A stretch of DNA of 20,000 bases from an uncultured virus (IMG/VR IMGVR_UViG_3300011969_000080) (IMGVR_UViG_3300011969_000080); one strand, 5' to 3'. Positions 1-8,560 are shown, counted from the stretch's first letter. Numbers and translations: made by a program. Notes: generated by a model not told the origin, from the sequence alone.

Positions 1-1113
1 TGCTCAAAGGAGGCATTCAACACCGGCCTTGCCGGGGTGGCACAGGCGCTGGAGAACTGGGGTAAATCCCGGTCCGGGAAACGCAAGGGCGCCTCGGTAG
101 GGTTTCCCAAGTTCAAGTCACGGCGCCGCAGCAAGCTCTCGGTCCGGTTCACCACCGGCGCAATCCGGGCCGAGGCCAAGCACGCGGTCCTGCCCCGGCT
201 GGGCAGAATCAAGCTGCACGAGGACGCGTCCGGGCTGGTAGCCAAGGCTGCAGCCGGTACAGCCAAGATCAGCTCGGCTACGGCTCGTTTCGAGCGGGGC
301 CGGTGGTTTGTGTCGTTCACCGTTGACGTATCCCGGTCTGAGGTGACCCCGGCGTGGCCCGACAAGATTGTGGGCATCGACCTCGGGATCAAGACCCTGG
401 CCGTACTCTCGACCGGTCGGGAGGTCCCCAACCCACGACACCTGAGTGGCGCGCTGCGCAAGCTGGCCCGCCTGAACCGGGCGATGTCACGTCGGGTCGG
501 CCCGTACGACAACGCGACCAAGACTCGCCGGGCTCCGTCAAACCGCTGGCGCCTCGCCGCCGCGGCCCTGGGCAAAGCACACGGCCGGGTTGCCGACCAG
601 CGCAAGGACGCCCTCCACAAGCTCACCACGAAACTCGCCAAGGAGTACGGCGTCATCGTGTTGGAAGACCTGAACGTTGCCGGGATGATGAAGAACCGCC
701 GCCTGGCGCGGCACATCGGGGACGCCTCCTTTGGGGAGATCCGCCGGCAGTTGGAGTACAAGACGGCGTGGAATGGTGGGCGGGTGGTCTTAGCTGACCG
801 GTGGTTCCCGTCAAGTAAGACGTGTTCGGATTGCGGTGCAGTGAAAGCCAAGCTGGCCCTGTCCGAGCGCGTGTACAACTGCATGGAATGCGGTCTGGGC
901 CTGAACCGGGACGTGAACGCTGCACGAAACCTCGCCGCGTATGCGGAGGGGTGGGTCGCCGGGAGTCGCTCGGAGACCATAAATGGACGTGGAGGCCAGG
1001 GAGTTCTAGCCAGGTCGTTGAAGCGTCAACCCGGGGCCGCGCAAGCGGGTGACACCGGGACTGTCCTGCTGAAAAGCAGGGCGGCATCCAACGAGCCTGC
1101 TACTGCTCGCTGA
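1..1113 (+). CDS. tnpB: RNA-guided endonuclease TnpB (IS607/IS200-IS605 type), 5'-truncated by the window edge
   Basis: Frame is open from base 1 (CSKEAFNTGLAGVAQALENW...GFPKFKSR). RuvC-I VGIDLG, RuvC-II VLEDL, zinc finger CSDCG...CMECG, RuvC-III RDVNAARN. The three catalytic acidic residues are intact. Confidence 0.93.
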   Translation, partial: CSKEAFNTGLAGVAQALENWGKSRSGKRKGASVGFPKFKSRRRSKLSVRFTTGAIRAEAKHAVLPRLGRIKLHEDASGLVAKAAAGTAKISSATARFERGRWFVSFTVDVSRSEVTPAWPDKIVGIDLGIKTLAVLSTGREVPNPRHLSGALRKLARLNRAMSRRVGPYDNATKTRRAPSNRWRLAAAALGKAHGRVADQRKDALHKLTTKLAKEYGVIVLEDLNVAGMMKNRRLARHIGDASFGEIRRQLEYKTAWNGGRVVLADRWFPSSKTCSDCGAVKAKLALSERVYNCMECGLGLNRDVNAARNLAAYAEGWVAGSRSETINGRGGQGVLARSLKRQPGAAQAGDTGTVLLKSRAASNEPATAR

Positions 1114-1123
1114 TGTGCAACGG
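1..1123 (+). mobile_element. Right part of an IS607-like element; right end probably at ...TGCAACGG (1123)
   Basis: tnpB with the SKEAFNTG N-terminal style seen in actinobacterial IS607 elements. The sequence ends in GG, the IS607 core dinucleotide, just after the stop codon. The serine-recombinase tnpA would lie outside the window. Confidence 0.55.
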
Positions 1124-1143
1124 CATGGACACTCTCTGGAACA
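950..1143 (+). ncRNA. Putative omegaRNA (scaffold overlapping the tnpB 3' end, guide from about 1124)
   Basis: Inferred from the established TnpB arrangement. The low-complexity C-terminal tnpB extension after NAARN is where the omegaRNA normally lies. Boundaries are approximate. Confidence 0.45.
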
Positions 1144-1439
1144 CGTGCGGCCGCCGCACCCTGCGCAACACCGCGTGCCGGAACCGCGTGCGCGCATCTG
1201 GGGACCCCTGCCACCTCCACGGGACCCGGGATGCCGACACGCTAGAAGGCATCGCAGGCCCGGACGTCGACCCTGCACTACTTGACGGCGCAGAGCCCCG
1301 CCGGCCAGCGCGGACCACCACCAGACGCAGCGCCCGAGTAGGGGCCCGCCGCAGGCTCACCGCAGCCCCGCGGCGCCGGCGCGCGGCCGCAGAACCCGAC
1401 GACGAGGCCGCCGAGTGGCTGCTTGAACTGGGGCTCTGA
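1125..1439 (+). CDS. Small protein with N-terminal C-C-C-H zinc-finger header (DUF5763-like) and Arg-rich tail
   Basis: MDTLWNTCGRRTLRNTACRNRVRASGDPCHLH fits CxxxTxxxxxC-x10-CxxH. Confidence 0.65.
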   Translation: MDTLWNTCGRRTLRNTACRNRVRASGDPCHLHGTRDADTLEGIAGPDVDPALLDGAEPRRPARTTTRRSARVGARRRLTAAPRRRRAAAEPDDEAAEWLLELGL

Positions 1440-1465
1440 CCCCGCAGCTCCCGTCTGTATGCACG

Positions 1466-1520
1466 GTGTCGCTACGGCAATACCGGCCAATGGAACACAA
1501 GCAGTTGGGGAGCACCGGGC
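1466..1520 (+). repeat. 55-bp three-block motif, copy 1 (copy 2 at 10172-10226)
   Basis: GTGYCGCTACGGCA-N7-CCAATG-N11-GTTGGGGAGCACCGGGC, with the same spacing in both copies. Confidence 0.8.
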
Positions 1521-1535
1521 CACGTGTCGGCCCCC

Positions 1536-1563
1536 TTGCGCTGGCTCGGCGCGCGCGAACGGT
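1536..1563 (+). promoter_or_regulatory. Class I promoter-like motif (TTGCGC-N16-AACGGT-N8-ATG)
   Basis: Same geometry at 2293, 3179, 4271, 5415, 6306, 7788, 9257 (degenerate), 10232, 10556 and 19727. Confidence 0.7.
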
Positions 1564-1571
1564 GTGGTGCT

Positions 1572-2267
1572 ATGACCCGATCAGGCGGACGACCCGCCCC
1601 CGTAGACGCCAAAGCTCACGAACTACTCGTGGCGTGGGTAGCTGCGCGCGATGCCTACATTGCCGCGCTGGTCGACCTTACGGCGCATCACGCCGCGTGC
1701 GCCCAGGGTGGCCGCACCCCACCCGACGGGACCTTCCGGCTTCGGCGTGCCCGCCGGCGTGCGGACAAGGCCGCTCTCGCCAGCACTCGGCGGTACGACA
1801 AGCGCTACGAACAGTGCCTGCATGCGTTCACCGACGCCCGGGCTGCGGGCGACCTCTACCCGCTGCACGGCGCTACCGTCGAGGAGATAGAGACTCGCGC
1901 AGCTGCGGGCCAACGCGGGTGGGGCACTTGCACGCCACGCGAGGCACTGGCAGCGTACGCTGCCACGCGCGGTGGTGAGGACCGGGCGCTTGCCAAGGCC
2001 GAAGCCACATGGCGCGGCCCCACTGCCGTGGTGGACCCGAGTCCCTTCTGGAAGACACACCTTTTCATGGACTTCGTCCCCACGTTCCGCGCCGAAGAAG
2101 CCGCCGCCTTCACCCGCAGGGTTGTCACCAAGACCTACGAGGATGCTGGCCTGCACGCCGAAGCGGCTGTGTTCCAGCGCCTCGCCGACAACGGTGTCAC
2201 AGACGCCGACCAGCTCGAGGCCGCCATCTCCGCGGTCTGCACCCCGGCGTCTGCCTCGCACCGCTGA
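1572..2267 (+). CDS. Hypothetical protein; apparent two-unit fusion related to the array family
   Basis: Two head-like motifs (AHELLVAWVAA and TPREALAAY) and the array-type tail LEAAISAVCTP. ATG lies 8 nt after the class I motif. Confidence 0.7.
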   Translation: MTRSGGRPAPVDAKAHELLVAWVAARDAYIAALVDLTAHHAACAQGGRTPPDGTFRLRRARRRADKAALASTRRYDKRYEQCLHAFTDARAAGDLYPLHGATVEEIETRAAAGQRGWGTCTPREALAAYAATRGGEDRALAKAEATWRGPTAVVDPSPFWKTHLFMDFVPTFRAEEAAAFTRRVVTKTYEDAGLHAEAAVFQRLADNGVTDADQLEAAISAVCTPASASHR

Positions 2268-2292
2268 CGGGCCCCACTGCGCCGGGCCTCGT

Positions 2293-2320
2293 TTGCGATC
2301 GCCCTACCCGCCCCCACGGT
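2293..2320 (+). promoter_or_regulatory. Class I promoter-like motif (TTGCGA-N16-CACGGT-N8-ATG)
   Basis: Exact spacing shared with the other copies. Confidence 0.65.
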
Positions 2321-2328
2321 GTGTCGGT

Positions 2329-3033
2329 ATGACCACCGACCCGGGCAGCGCGCCCACGCCGTGCCACCACCTGTACTACCGCGAGAGCTGGCCCGCCCAC
2401 GCCTTCCGGGAAGGGGTAGCCGCGTGGGACCGCGTGCGGTACAGCCTGCTGTGGCGTTTCTGGTGGGGCCCACGCAACCGGCGAATAGAGGACCGCGAGG
2501 CTGGGGCGGTTACGGACTGGGTGGCTGAGGCGAACTGGCCGCCCGGCCAGTACGGCGGGTACCTGAGGTGCGCCCAGTGTACGGCCGCCGTCAGCAACAC
2601 ACAGGAACAGCTCAGCGACCACCCGTCCGCCCACATCCCGGCCCTGTACAACCCGTTCACGGCCCCGAACGGGTGGTGCATCGACGCGGACATCGCCGGG
2701 CTCGTGGCCGGCCTGAACAGCCTCGGCCTCGAAACTGGCACAAGCTGCCAGGGGCACGCACCTGGGAAGGGGTACGGCGGGGAAGGCTGCTGTTGTAGCT
2801 CCGACAGCACCTGTGGCTGGGCGTACCTGACCCTCGGCCCAGGTGTCATGGAGCAGTTCCTTGCTGCCACCAGGATCGCCGGGGTGCCTGTGACCCCGGA
2901 CAGCCGCTGGTTGGGGCGCCAGATGCGTTGGACCGGTGCCCGGTTCGACCGGGAATGCATCCCCGCGCTGACTGCGCTGTTCCCGCACCCGGGCGGCGAC
3001 TGGGCGCCGGTCCCGGTGGCCTACGACCGCTAG
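2329..3033 (+). CDS. Hypothetical protein with a TYW3/Taw3-like motif
   Basis: IDADIAGLVAGLNSLGLETGTSCQGH resembles the D-x2-I-x2-L-x3-N...T-x2-SC-x-G motif of TYW3-like domains common in phages. Start chosen from the promoter motif. Confidence 0.6.
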   Translation: MTTDPGSAPTPCHHLYYRESWPAHAFREGVAAWDRVRYSLLWRFWWGPRNRRIEDREAGAVTDWVAEANWPPGQYGGYLRCAQCTAAVSNTQEQLSDHPSAHIPALYNPFTAPNGWCIDADIAGLVAGLNSLGLETGTSCQGHAPGKGYGGEGCCCSSDSTCGWAYLTLGPGVMEQFLAATRIAGVPVTPDSRWLGRQMRWTGARFDRECIPALTALFPHPGGDWAPVPVAYDR

Positions 3034-3178
3034 GGCTGATGTCCCGCTGCGGAACCACCGGGCAGTGCCCGCCCGCCCCCGGAGAGCACAGTCAGCCCGC
3101 GACCCTACCCATTACCGGGAGGCATCGACAACCAAATGGGAACTGGCCCCCAGCGGCTAGACTGGGAGGCTGCGCACG

Positions 3179-3206
3179 TTGCGCTGCCCCGCGCGGCGCG
3201 CACAGT
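3179..3206 (+). promoter_or_regulatory. Class I promoter-like motif (TTGCGC-N16-CACAGT), leadered gene
   Basis: Exact 16-nt spacer; GGGAG RBS before the ATG at 3247. Confidence 0.6.
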
Positions 3207-3246
3207 AGTGGGCAGGGGACGACCCCGCCGCAGACAGGGAGCACAC

Positions 3247-4197
3247 ATGGCCAAGCACACCGACGAGGGGACCGCGGCGGACGCCGTGCGCCAGTTCCGC
3301 CAGGACGACCTGGCCAGTGCTAGCGCCAAGTGGGACCGTGTGGCTGCCGCAGTGGAGGCGGACGTCCGTAGTGAGCAGGAGATCGAGGAAGGTCTCCTAG
3401 CCCAGCTCGGGCTCAACCCCGGGGGAGGGCCCGACCCCACCGACAACCTGCGCCTGTCCCGGCTCCACCCGCCAGCGCGAAAGCGCGCCAAGGCCCTGAT
3501 AGCTGGCGCCCGAGAGGCCCGCGAGGTGCGGGCCGCCCAGCCGTCTGCGCCTGAGGACGGCCCGGCCGCGCAGGCAGAGTACGACCAGACCCCCGAGCTC
3601 CGGGAGCTGCTCGCTGCGGCGGCGGCGTCCCAGCCCACCAAGCGGACGGCGTCCCAGGAGCAGGCCCTGGCCCGCATCCGTGCGGCAGCACCCGCGGACC
3701 GGGTATCCCCGCGCGGCGCGAAGCTCACCCTCGAGGAGGCGTGCGACCGCCTGGGCCTGGACACAGGCCGAATCCGCACACTGGCCGAAGAGGGGCGCCG
3801 GGCAGTGCTCCTCTCGCCCGAGGTGTACGCGGAGTACGTGGACGAGCCAGACGACTTCGTAGACGTCGATGACGAGCTCGACCCAGAGGACCGCGCGATG
3901 CTCCTGGCCCGGCTGGCAGACCCCTCCCCCGGCATCCCGCTGGATGAGGTCATCCGCGAGCTCGGCTTCGACCCGCTCGACTTCAGGGGCAGCCCCCACC
4001 CGCCTGCCCGGGTGTGGCTGCTGTACGACGCCGGCGATCTCGTGGCGGCGTACAGCACGGAGGCCGCCGCTGAGACTGCGCGCAAGGTCTACGCCGCCCG
4101 GGTGCAGGCCGAGCTGGACGCGGAGGACCCGCCCCCGGCGGTGGCGATGGTCGTGTACCACTACATCGAGGTCTGCCCTATCGAGGTGCGGGACTGA
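3247..4197 (+). CDS. Acidic mosaic hypothetical protein with antitoxin-like segments
   Basis: RBS GGGAG. AVLLSPEVY and GIPLDEVIRELG resemble Phd/YefM- and RelB-type antitoxin C-terminal segments (recognised by eye). Confidence 0.65.
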   Translation: MAKHTDEGTAADAVRQFRQDDLASASAKWDRVAAAVEADVRSEQEIEEGLLAQLGLNPGGGPDPTDNLRLSRLHPPARKRAKALIAGAREAREVRAAQPSAPEDGPAAQAEYDQTPELRELLAAAAASQPTKRTASQEQALARIRAAAPADRVSPRGAKLTLEEACDRLGLDTGRIRTLAEEGRRAVLLSPEVYAEYVDEPDDFVDVDDELDPEDRAMLLARLADPSPGIPLDEVIRELGFDPLDFRGSPHPPARVWLLYDAGDLVAAYSTEAAAETARKVYAARVQAELDAEDPPPAVAMVVYHYIEVCPIEVRD

Positions 4198-4270
4198 CAG
4201 CTTTCGCCCCTTGGGGGCCACAGCCTGAGGCCCGGATGGGGGCGCGGGCCCGCCGTCGCCCAAGCGGTAC

Positions 4271-4298
4271 TTGCGGTTGCGACAATCGCGCGAACGGT
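4271..4298 (+). promoter_or_regulatory. Class I promoter-like motif, array block A
   Basis: TTGCGG-N16-AACGGT-N7-ATG(4306). Confidence 0.65.
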
Positions 4299-4305
4299 AC
4301 CGGGC

Positions 4306-4716
4306 ATGATCCAGCTGCCGGAGCCCCAGATGGCACCGCACGAGGCGATGACCGCGTGGGGCGCCGCGGTAGCCGTCGCCCGGGCGGCGTGGGTGCCCTT
4401 CCTTGCGGCCTCCGTGGCCCACGACGATGCCTCTGCGGAGTACTACACCCGCCCCGGCGCCCCGGCGCCGACCGCGGCCAGCGCCGATGCCCTGTTTGCC
4501 GCCAGGCGGGTGGTGGAGGACGCCTTCGTGGTCTATGACGCCGCGTGCTGCACCGCGACGGGCGCCCGGGAGCGGGCTGCGGAGTCATACGTCGCCGCGG
4601 GGCTATTCGCTTCCGTGCCGTCCCTGCTGTCGTTGTTCCCGCGCACGCTGGACGGCTACAGCCCGGACCTCGAGGGCGGCCTGGCCGCGCTGCTGTTGGC
4701 CCCGGTGCGGCCGTGA
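4306..4716 (+). CDS. Array paralogue 1 (block leader, extended N-terminus)
   Basis: MIQLPEPQMAPHEAMTAWGAA...PDLEGGLAALLLAPVRP. Confidence 0.85.
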   Translation: MIQLPEPQMAPHEAMTAWGAAVAVARAAWVPFLAASVAHDDASAEYYTRPGAPAPTAASADALFAARRVVEDAFVVYDAACCTATGARERAAESYVAAGLFASVPSLLSLFPRTLDGYSPDLEGGLAALLLAPVRP

Positions 4717-5048
4717 CACCGCACGAGGCTTTCGCGACCTGGGTGGCCGCCAAGGCGGAGGAGGACCGGCTGGTCACTGAGGACCGCGTGTGGACGGTGC
4801 GGGAGGCCGCCGGGCGGTTCCGTGTGGTCGACTACGAACCGCTGCAATCCGCCGTCCTGGCGGCCGCGCTGGCCCGCCGGAAGGTCATGGCCACCTACCG
4901 GGCCACTGGGTCACCCGCCGCTGCCCGCCTGTTCTGGGATCTGACTGGCGGCGTGGACGGCCTGCTAGAGCCCGGGGACCGGGCCATTCCCGCCACCGAG
5001 ATTGAGCACGTCATCGACGCCCTGTTTTCCGACCCGGTGGCGCCATGA
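4713..5048 (+). CDS. Array paralogue 2
   Basis: GTG start overlapping the previous TGA; (M)TPHEAFATWVAA...IEHVIDALFSDPVAP. Confidence 0.82.
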   Translation: MTPHEAFATWVAAKAEEDRLVTEDRVWTVREAAGRFRVVDYEPLQSAVLAAALARRKVMATYRATGSPAAARLFWDLTGGVDGLLEPGDRAIPATEIEHVIDALFSDPVAP

Positions 5049-5404
5049 CACCACACGAGGCAATGGTTGTGTGGGGCGCCGCCACGGCGTCGTACCTGGA
5101 AGCACGCGCCGCCTCTGACAGCGCCCGCCGGGCGTGGTTTCTGTCACTGGTGGCAGGTCCGGGCTTCTATGACAACCCGGTAGCCCCCGCCGCGGTGGAC
5201 GCCACGCATTCTCGCTCCGTGCTCGCGTACACCGTCTGCCAGCGGGCCCGCGCCGCTGTGTGTGATGCCTACGTTGACGCTGGCATGCCGATGGCCGCGA
5301 GGCTGCTAGTCCAGCTGAACCCGCGGGGCGTGTTTGCGGCCGGCGGGCCGGGGCGCACTGAGGCCCTCATCGGTGCGCTGCTGATGGCTCCGGTGCGGCC
5401 GTGA
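5045..5404 (+). CDS. Array paralogue 3
   Basis: MTPHEAMVVWGAA...EALIGALLMAPVRP; ATGA overlap. Confidence 0.85.
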   Translation: MTPHEAMVVWGAATASYLEARAASDSARRAWFLSLVAGPGFYDNPVAPAAVDATHSRSVLAYTVCQRARAAVCDAYVDAGMPMAARLLVQLNPRGVFAAGGPGRTEALIGALLMAPVRP

Positions 5405-5414
5405 CCCGCCCGCC

Positions 5415-5442
5415 TTGCGCTATGGGTGGTAGCGCGGACGGT
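5415..5442 (+). promoter_or_regulatory. Class I promoter-like motif, array block B
   Basis: TTGCGC-N16-GACGGT-N8-ATG(5451). Confidence 0.7.
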
Positions 5443-5450
5443 ACTGTGAC

Positions 5451-5861
5451 ATGACACACCCGCCGGAGCCCCCAACGACACCCCACGCCGCGCTGGCGGC
5501 ATGGGGCACCGCCGTAGCCATCGCGCGGGTGGCGTGGGTGACATTCCACGCGGCCGAGGCCACCCACAACAAAGCTGCGGCGGCGTACTGCCGCTACACC
5601 GGTCCCACAGACGCCGTCGAGGCGGGGCTTTTCAAGGCAATAGGGGCCGCAGACACGGCGGAGGAGGCCACCTACGCGGTCTACGACGACGCGGCCGAGG
5701 TTGCGGTAGTCGCCCGGGCCGCAGTGTGTGCCGCGTACGACCACGCCGGGTTCCCGCAGGCCTTCCGGGCACTGGAGACCATCGCCCCCCGCTGGGGGGA
5801 CTGGGCCCCCGACCTCGAGGCGACCCTGGCCGCGCTGCTGGCGGAACCGGTGCGGGCATGA
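5451..5861 (+). CDS. Array paralogue 4 (block leader)
   Basis: MTHPPEPPTTPHAALAAWGTA...PDLEATLAALLAEPVRA. Confidence 0.85.
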   Translation: MTHPPEPPTTPHAALAAWGTAVAIARVAWVTFHAAEATHNKAAAAYCRYTGPTDAVEAGLFKAIGAADTAEEATYAVYDDAAEVAVVARAAVCAAYDHAGFPQAFRALETIAPRWGDWAPDLEATLAALLAEPVRA

Positions 5862-6244
5862 CGCCGCACGGGGCGATGATGGCGTGGGGTGCCGCGGCCA
5901 CCACCGCGCGAGAGGTGCTGGCGTCATTCCACGCGGCCGAGGAAGCCTACGACACAGCCGGGCGGGCGTGCTGCAGCTACAGCGGCCACTCCGGGGTAGT
6001 CGAGGCAGGGCTCCTCAAGGCGCAAAGGGCCGCAGGCACGGCGGAGATGCGCGCCTACGCCGCCTACTACGGGGCGCGCGAGGTCGCCGTGTCCGCACGG
6101 GCCGCGGTGTGCGCCGCGTACACCCACGCGGGGTTCCCGCAGGCGGTGCGGGCCCTGGACACCATCGCCCGCGACGAGCTTGACTGGTCCCCCGGCCTCG
6201 AAGACGCCATGACTGCACTGCTGTCGGCCCCGGTGCGGGCATGA
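5858..6244 (+). CDS. Array paralogue 5
   Basis: MTPHGAMMAWGAA...PGLEDAMTALLSAPVRA; ATGA overlap. Confidence 0.85.
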   Translation: MTPHGAMMAWGAAATTAREVLASFHAAEEAYDTAGRACCSYSGHSGVVEAGLLKAQRAAGTAEMRAYAAYYGAREVAVSARAAVCAAYTHAGFPQAVRALDTIARDELDWSPGLEDAMTALLSAPVRA

Positions 6245-6300
6245 CACCACACGGGGCAGTCATTGACACCGTGCTCGCCCCTCCCGCCGCCACCCCCTGA
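6241..6300 (+). pseudogene. Empty array cassette: 19-aa head+tail fusion MTPHGAVIDTVLAPPAATP
   Basis: ATGA-coupled start, head MTPHGA joined in frame to a tail VIDTVLAPPAATP*, with the whole variable middle absent. Confidence 0.75.
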
Positions 6301-6305
6301 GGGCC

Positions 6306-6333
6306 TTGCGCTGGGACCGGCCGCGCGGACAGT
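6306..6333 (+). promoter_or_regulatory. Class I promoter-like motif, array block C
   Basis: TTGCGC-N16-GACAGT-N8-ATG(6342). Confidence 0.7.
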
Positions 6334-6341
6334 ACTAGGAC

Positions 6342-6647
6342 ATGACCCCGGCACCAGATCCCCAGACGACGCCACGCAGCGCCCGCAGCGCCTTCTTCCA
6401 TCAAACCATGCGCCGCCTCGAAGTGGAGGCGTCGGATGCAAGCGAGGCGTACCTAACTGCGGGCTGGGACGCCGCGGTGGCCGCCGAGCGGGCCGCTGAG
6501 GGCTGCTGGGATGTGGCGGTGGACTACCCGCGCCCGGAGGACCACGCGGCCGCGGACGCCATCTGGGAGGCGCTGGATGACGCGGCGTACGCCACCGCAG
6601 ACGCCCTGACGTGCGCTCTGTTCGACCCACCCGTGGACTCCCGATGA
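6342..6647 (+). CDS. Array paralogue 6 (divergent block leader)
   Basis: MTPAPDPQTTPRSA...DALTCALFDPPVDSR. Confidence 0.75.
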   Translation: MTPAPDPQTTPRSARSAFFHQTMRRLEVEASDASEAYLTAGWDAAVAAERAAEGCWDVAVDYPRPEDHAAADAIWEALDDAAYATADALTCALFDPPVDSR

Positions 6648-7039
6648 GCGCCCTGACGCCGCACGAGGCGATGGTCACGTGGGGCGCCGCGGTGGTCGCC
6701 GCCCAGGCAGGGCGGGTGCGGTTCCACGCAGCCGAGGGGGCCTATGCCGCGGCTTCGAGAGCACGCCGCAGCCACGGCGACCGCGCGGGGGTCCCCCATG
6801 AGACACTATTCAAGGCGGAAGTGGCCGCCGGCGAAGCGGAGATGCGCGCCTGGGATGCCTTCTACGATGCGGCCGGGGCAGCCACGGTCGCCCGGAGCTC
6901 GGTGTGTCGCGCATACGTCCACGCTGGGGTCCCGCAGGCAGTGCCAGCCCTGGACACTGCCGCTCCCGGGGGGCTTGGCTGGTCCCCGGGCCTGGAGGAC
7001 GCCCTGTCCGCGCTGCTGCGGGACCCGGTGTGGCCATGA
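6644..7039 (+). CDS. Array paralogue 7
   Basis: MSALTPHEAMVTWGAA...PGLEDALSALLRDPVWP. Confidence 0.85.
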   Translation: MSALTPHEAMVTWGAAVVAAQAGRVRFHAAEGAYAAASRARRSHGDRAGVPHETLFKAEVAAGEAEMRAWDAFYDAAGAATVARSSVCRAYVHAGVPQAVPALDTAAPGGLGWSPGLEDALSALLRDPVWP

Positions 7040-7425
7040 CCCCGCACGAGGCGATGGCCGCGTGGGGCATAACCGTAGCTGCCGCGCAGGCGGCACGTGT
7101 GCTGGCCGACCACGCGGGAGACGCCTACGACAAGGCCGCACTGGCAGAGGATGCGTGCTACGGCCACTCAGAGGACGTCGAGGAGGAGCTCGTCACAGTC
7201 GCCGGGCGGGCGGCTAGGGGGGCGGCGAACGACGCATACGCCACCTACGCCGGGGCGTTCGAGGCCGCCGTGTCCGCCCGAGCCGCGGTGTGCGACGCCT
7301 ACGTCAGCGCCGGGCGCCCACGGGCAGTGTTGGCTCTGGGTGCTATCGCCTGCGGTGCCCTCGACTGGTCCCCGGACCTCGAGGACGCGCTGGACGCGTT
7401 GCTGCGGGACCCGGTGCGGCCATGA
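7036..7425 (+). CDS. Array paralogue 8
   Basis: MTPHEAMAAWGIT...PDLEDALDALLRDPVRP. Confidence 0.85.
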   Translation: MTPHEAMAAWGITVAAAQAARVLADHAGDAYDKAALAEDACYGHSEDVEEELVTVAGRAARGAANDAYATYAGAFEAAVSARAAVCDAYVSAGRPRAVLALGAIACGALDWSPDLEDALDALLRDPVRP

Positions 7426-7778
7426 CAACACACGCGGCGATGGTCACCCTGGACGGCGCCATCCAGGAGTACCGACTGGCGGAGGACTGCGAGGTGGCCG
7501 CCCGCCACGCGCTGGCTGGGACCCACGCAAACGACTCGAACGCCACCCTGCTACCCCACATTCAGGCCGTAGAGAGCGCGCAAGCGGCGCAGGTCGGCGC
7601 CTCCGCTGCCGTCTGTGCCGCCCACCGAGCCGCCTTCTACGCCTACGCGGAGAATGGCCCTCCCGGGGCCGCGCTGCTGCTGCTCAGACTTATGGGCGTG
7701 GACATGGACGCCGTGGACGCGCCAGCGATTGAGTCGGCCATAAACGCGGTGTTCACCCCACCAGCCGCGACCGCCTGA
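7422..7778 (+). CDS. Array paralogue 9
   Basis: MTTHAAMVTL...IESAINAVFTPPAATA. Confidence 0.82.
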   Translation: MTTHAAMVTLDGAIQEYRLAEDCEVAARHALAGTHANDSNATLLPHIQAVESAQAAQVGASAAVCAAHRAAFYAYAENGPPGAALLLLRLMGVDMDAVDAPAIESAINAVFTPPAATA

Positions 7779-7787
7779 TCCGGGGCC

Positions 7788-7815
7788 TTGCGCTGCGGGC
7801 AGTCGCGCGGACGGT
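7788..7815 (+). promoter_or_regulatory. Class I promoter-like motif, array block D
   Basis: TTGCGC-N16-GACGGT-N8-ATG(7824). Confidence 0.7.
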
Positions 7816-7823
7816 GGGTGGGT

Positions 7824-8180
7824 ATGACACTACCGCCCGAGCTCCCGATGACAGCACACGCCGCGCTCCTGGTTGCGGCCTGCGCAGAGTACCGCCGGGC
7901 AGCGCAACTCTTCACCGCCGCGAGCGCCACCCGCGACGCGGCGATCATGGCCGGCGCCGGCCGGGCCGGGGAGCACGACCTGATAGTCCAAGACGCTGCA
8001 TACACGTCCGCCCACGCCGCGCTGTGCGAAGCTCGGCTCATATACGCGGACAGCGCCCCGGCCGGGTCTGCGCAGCTGCTACTTCAACTGACGGACCCGC
8101 TGATGTGCATTGCTAACGCGCCCGCCATGGCGGCAGCCGTCGCCACCGTGTTCGCCCCACCCGCGGGGCCCACCCAATGA
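7824..8180 (+). CDS. Array paralogue 10 (block leader)
   Basis: MTLPPELPMTAHAALLVAACAEY...AAAVATVFAPPAGPTQ. Confidence 0.82.
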   Translation: MTLPPELPMTAHAALLVAACAEYRRAAQLFTAASATRDAAIMAGAGRAGEHDLIVQDAAYTSAHAALCEARLIYADSAPAGSAQLLLQLTDPLMCIANAPAMAAAVATVFAPPAGPTQ

Positions 8181-8560
8181 CGAGGCTGCAGGGACCACCA
8201 CTGACACCGCACGCCGCCATGGCAGCGTGGGCCACGGCCTGCTCGGCTTACGACGCCGCGCGCACCACTACGCGTGCCGCTGTAGCGGCACGCGAGGCGC
8301 AGCCGGAGGCGTACGCGGGACCGGCCACCCCGGCCCGGGACGCCCTGCGCCGGAACTGGCTGGCCCTTGTACCAGCCCAGAACGCGGCGGAAAGGGCTGA
8401 GATCTCCGCCTACGGCGAGGCGTACCGGGCGTACTATGCTACTCACGGGCGGGACGTGGCCAACCTCTTCATGGGGCTCGTAGCCACCCGGCGGGGCCCC
8501 GGCCAGGTTGAGGCCATCATCGCGGCACTGCTCGCCCCACCCACAGGGCCAGCCCAATGA
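8177..8560 (+). CDS. Array paralogue 11
   Basis: MTRLQGPPLTPHAAMAAWATA...VEAIIAALLAPPTGPAQ. Confidence 0.85.
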   Translation: MTRLQGPPLTPHAAMAAWATACSAYDAARTTTRAAVAAREAQPEAYAGPATPARDALRRNWLALVPAQNAAERAEISAYGEAYRAYYATHGRDVANLFMGLVATRRGPGQVEAIIAALLAPPTGPAQ

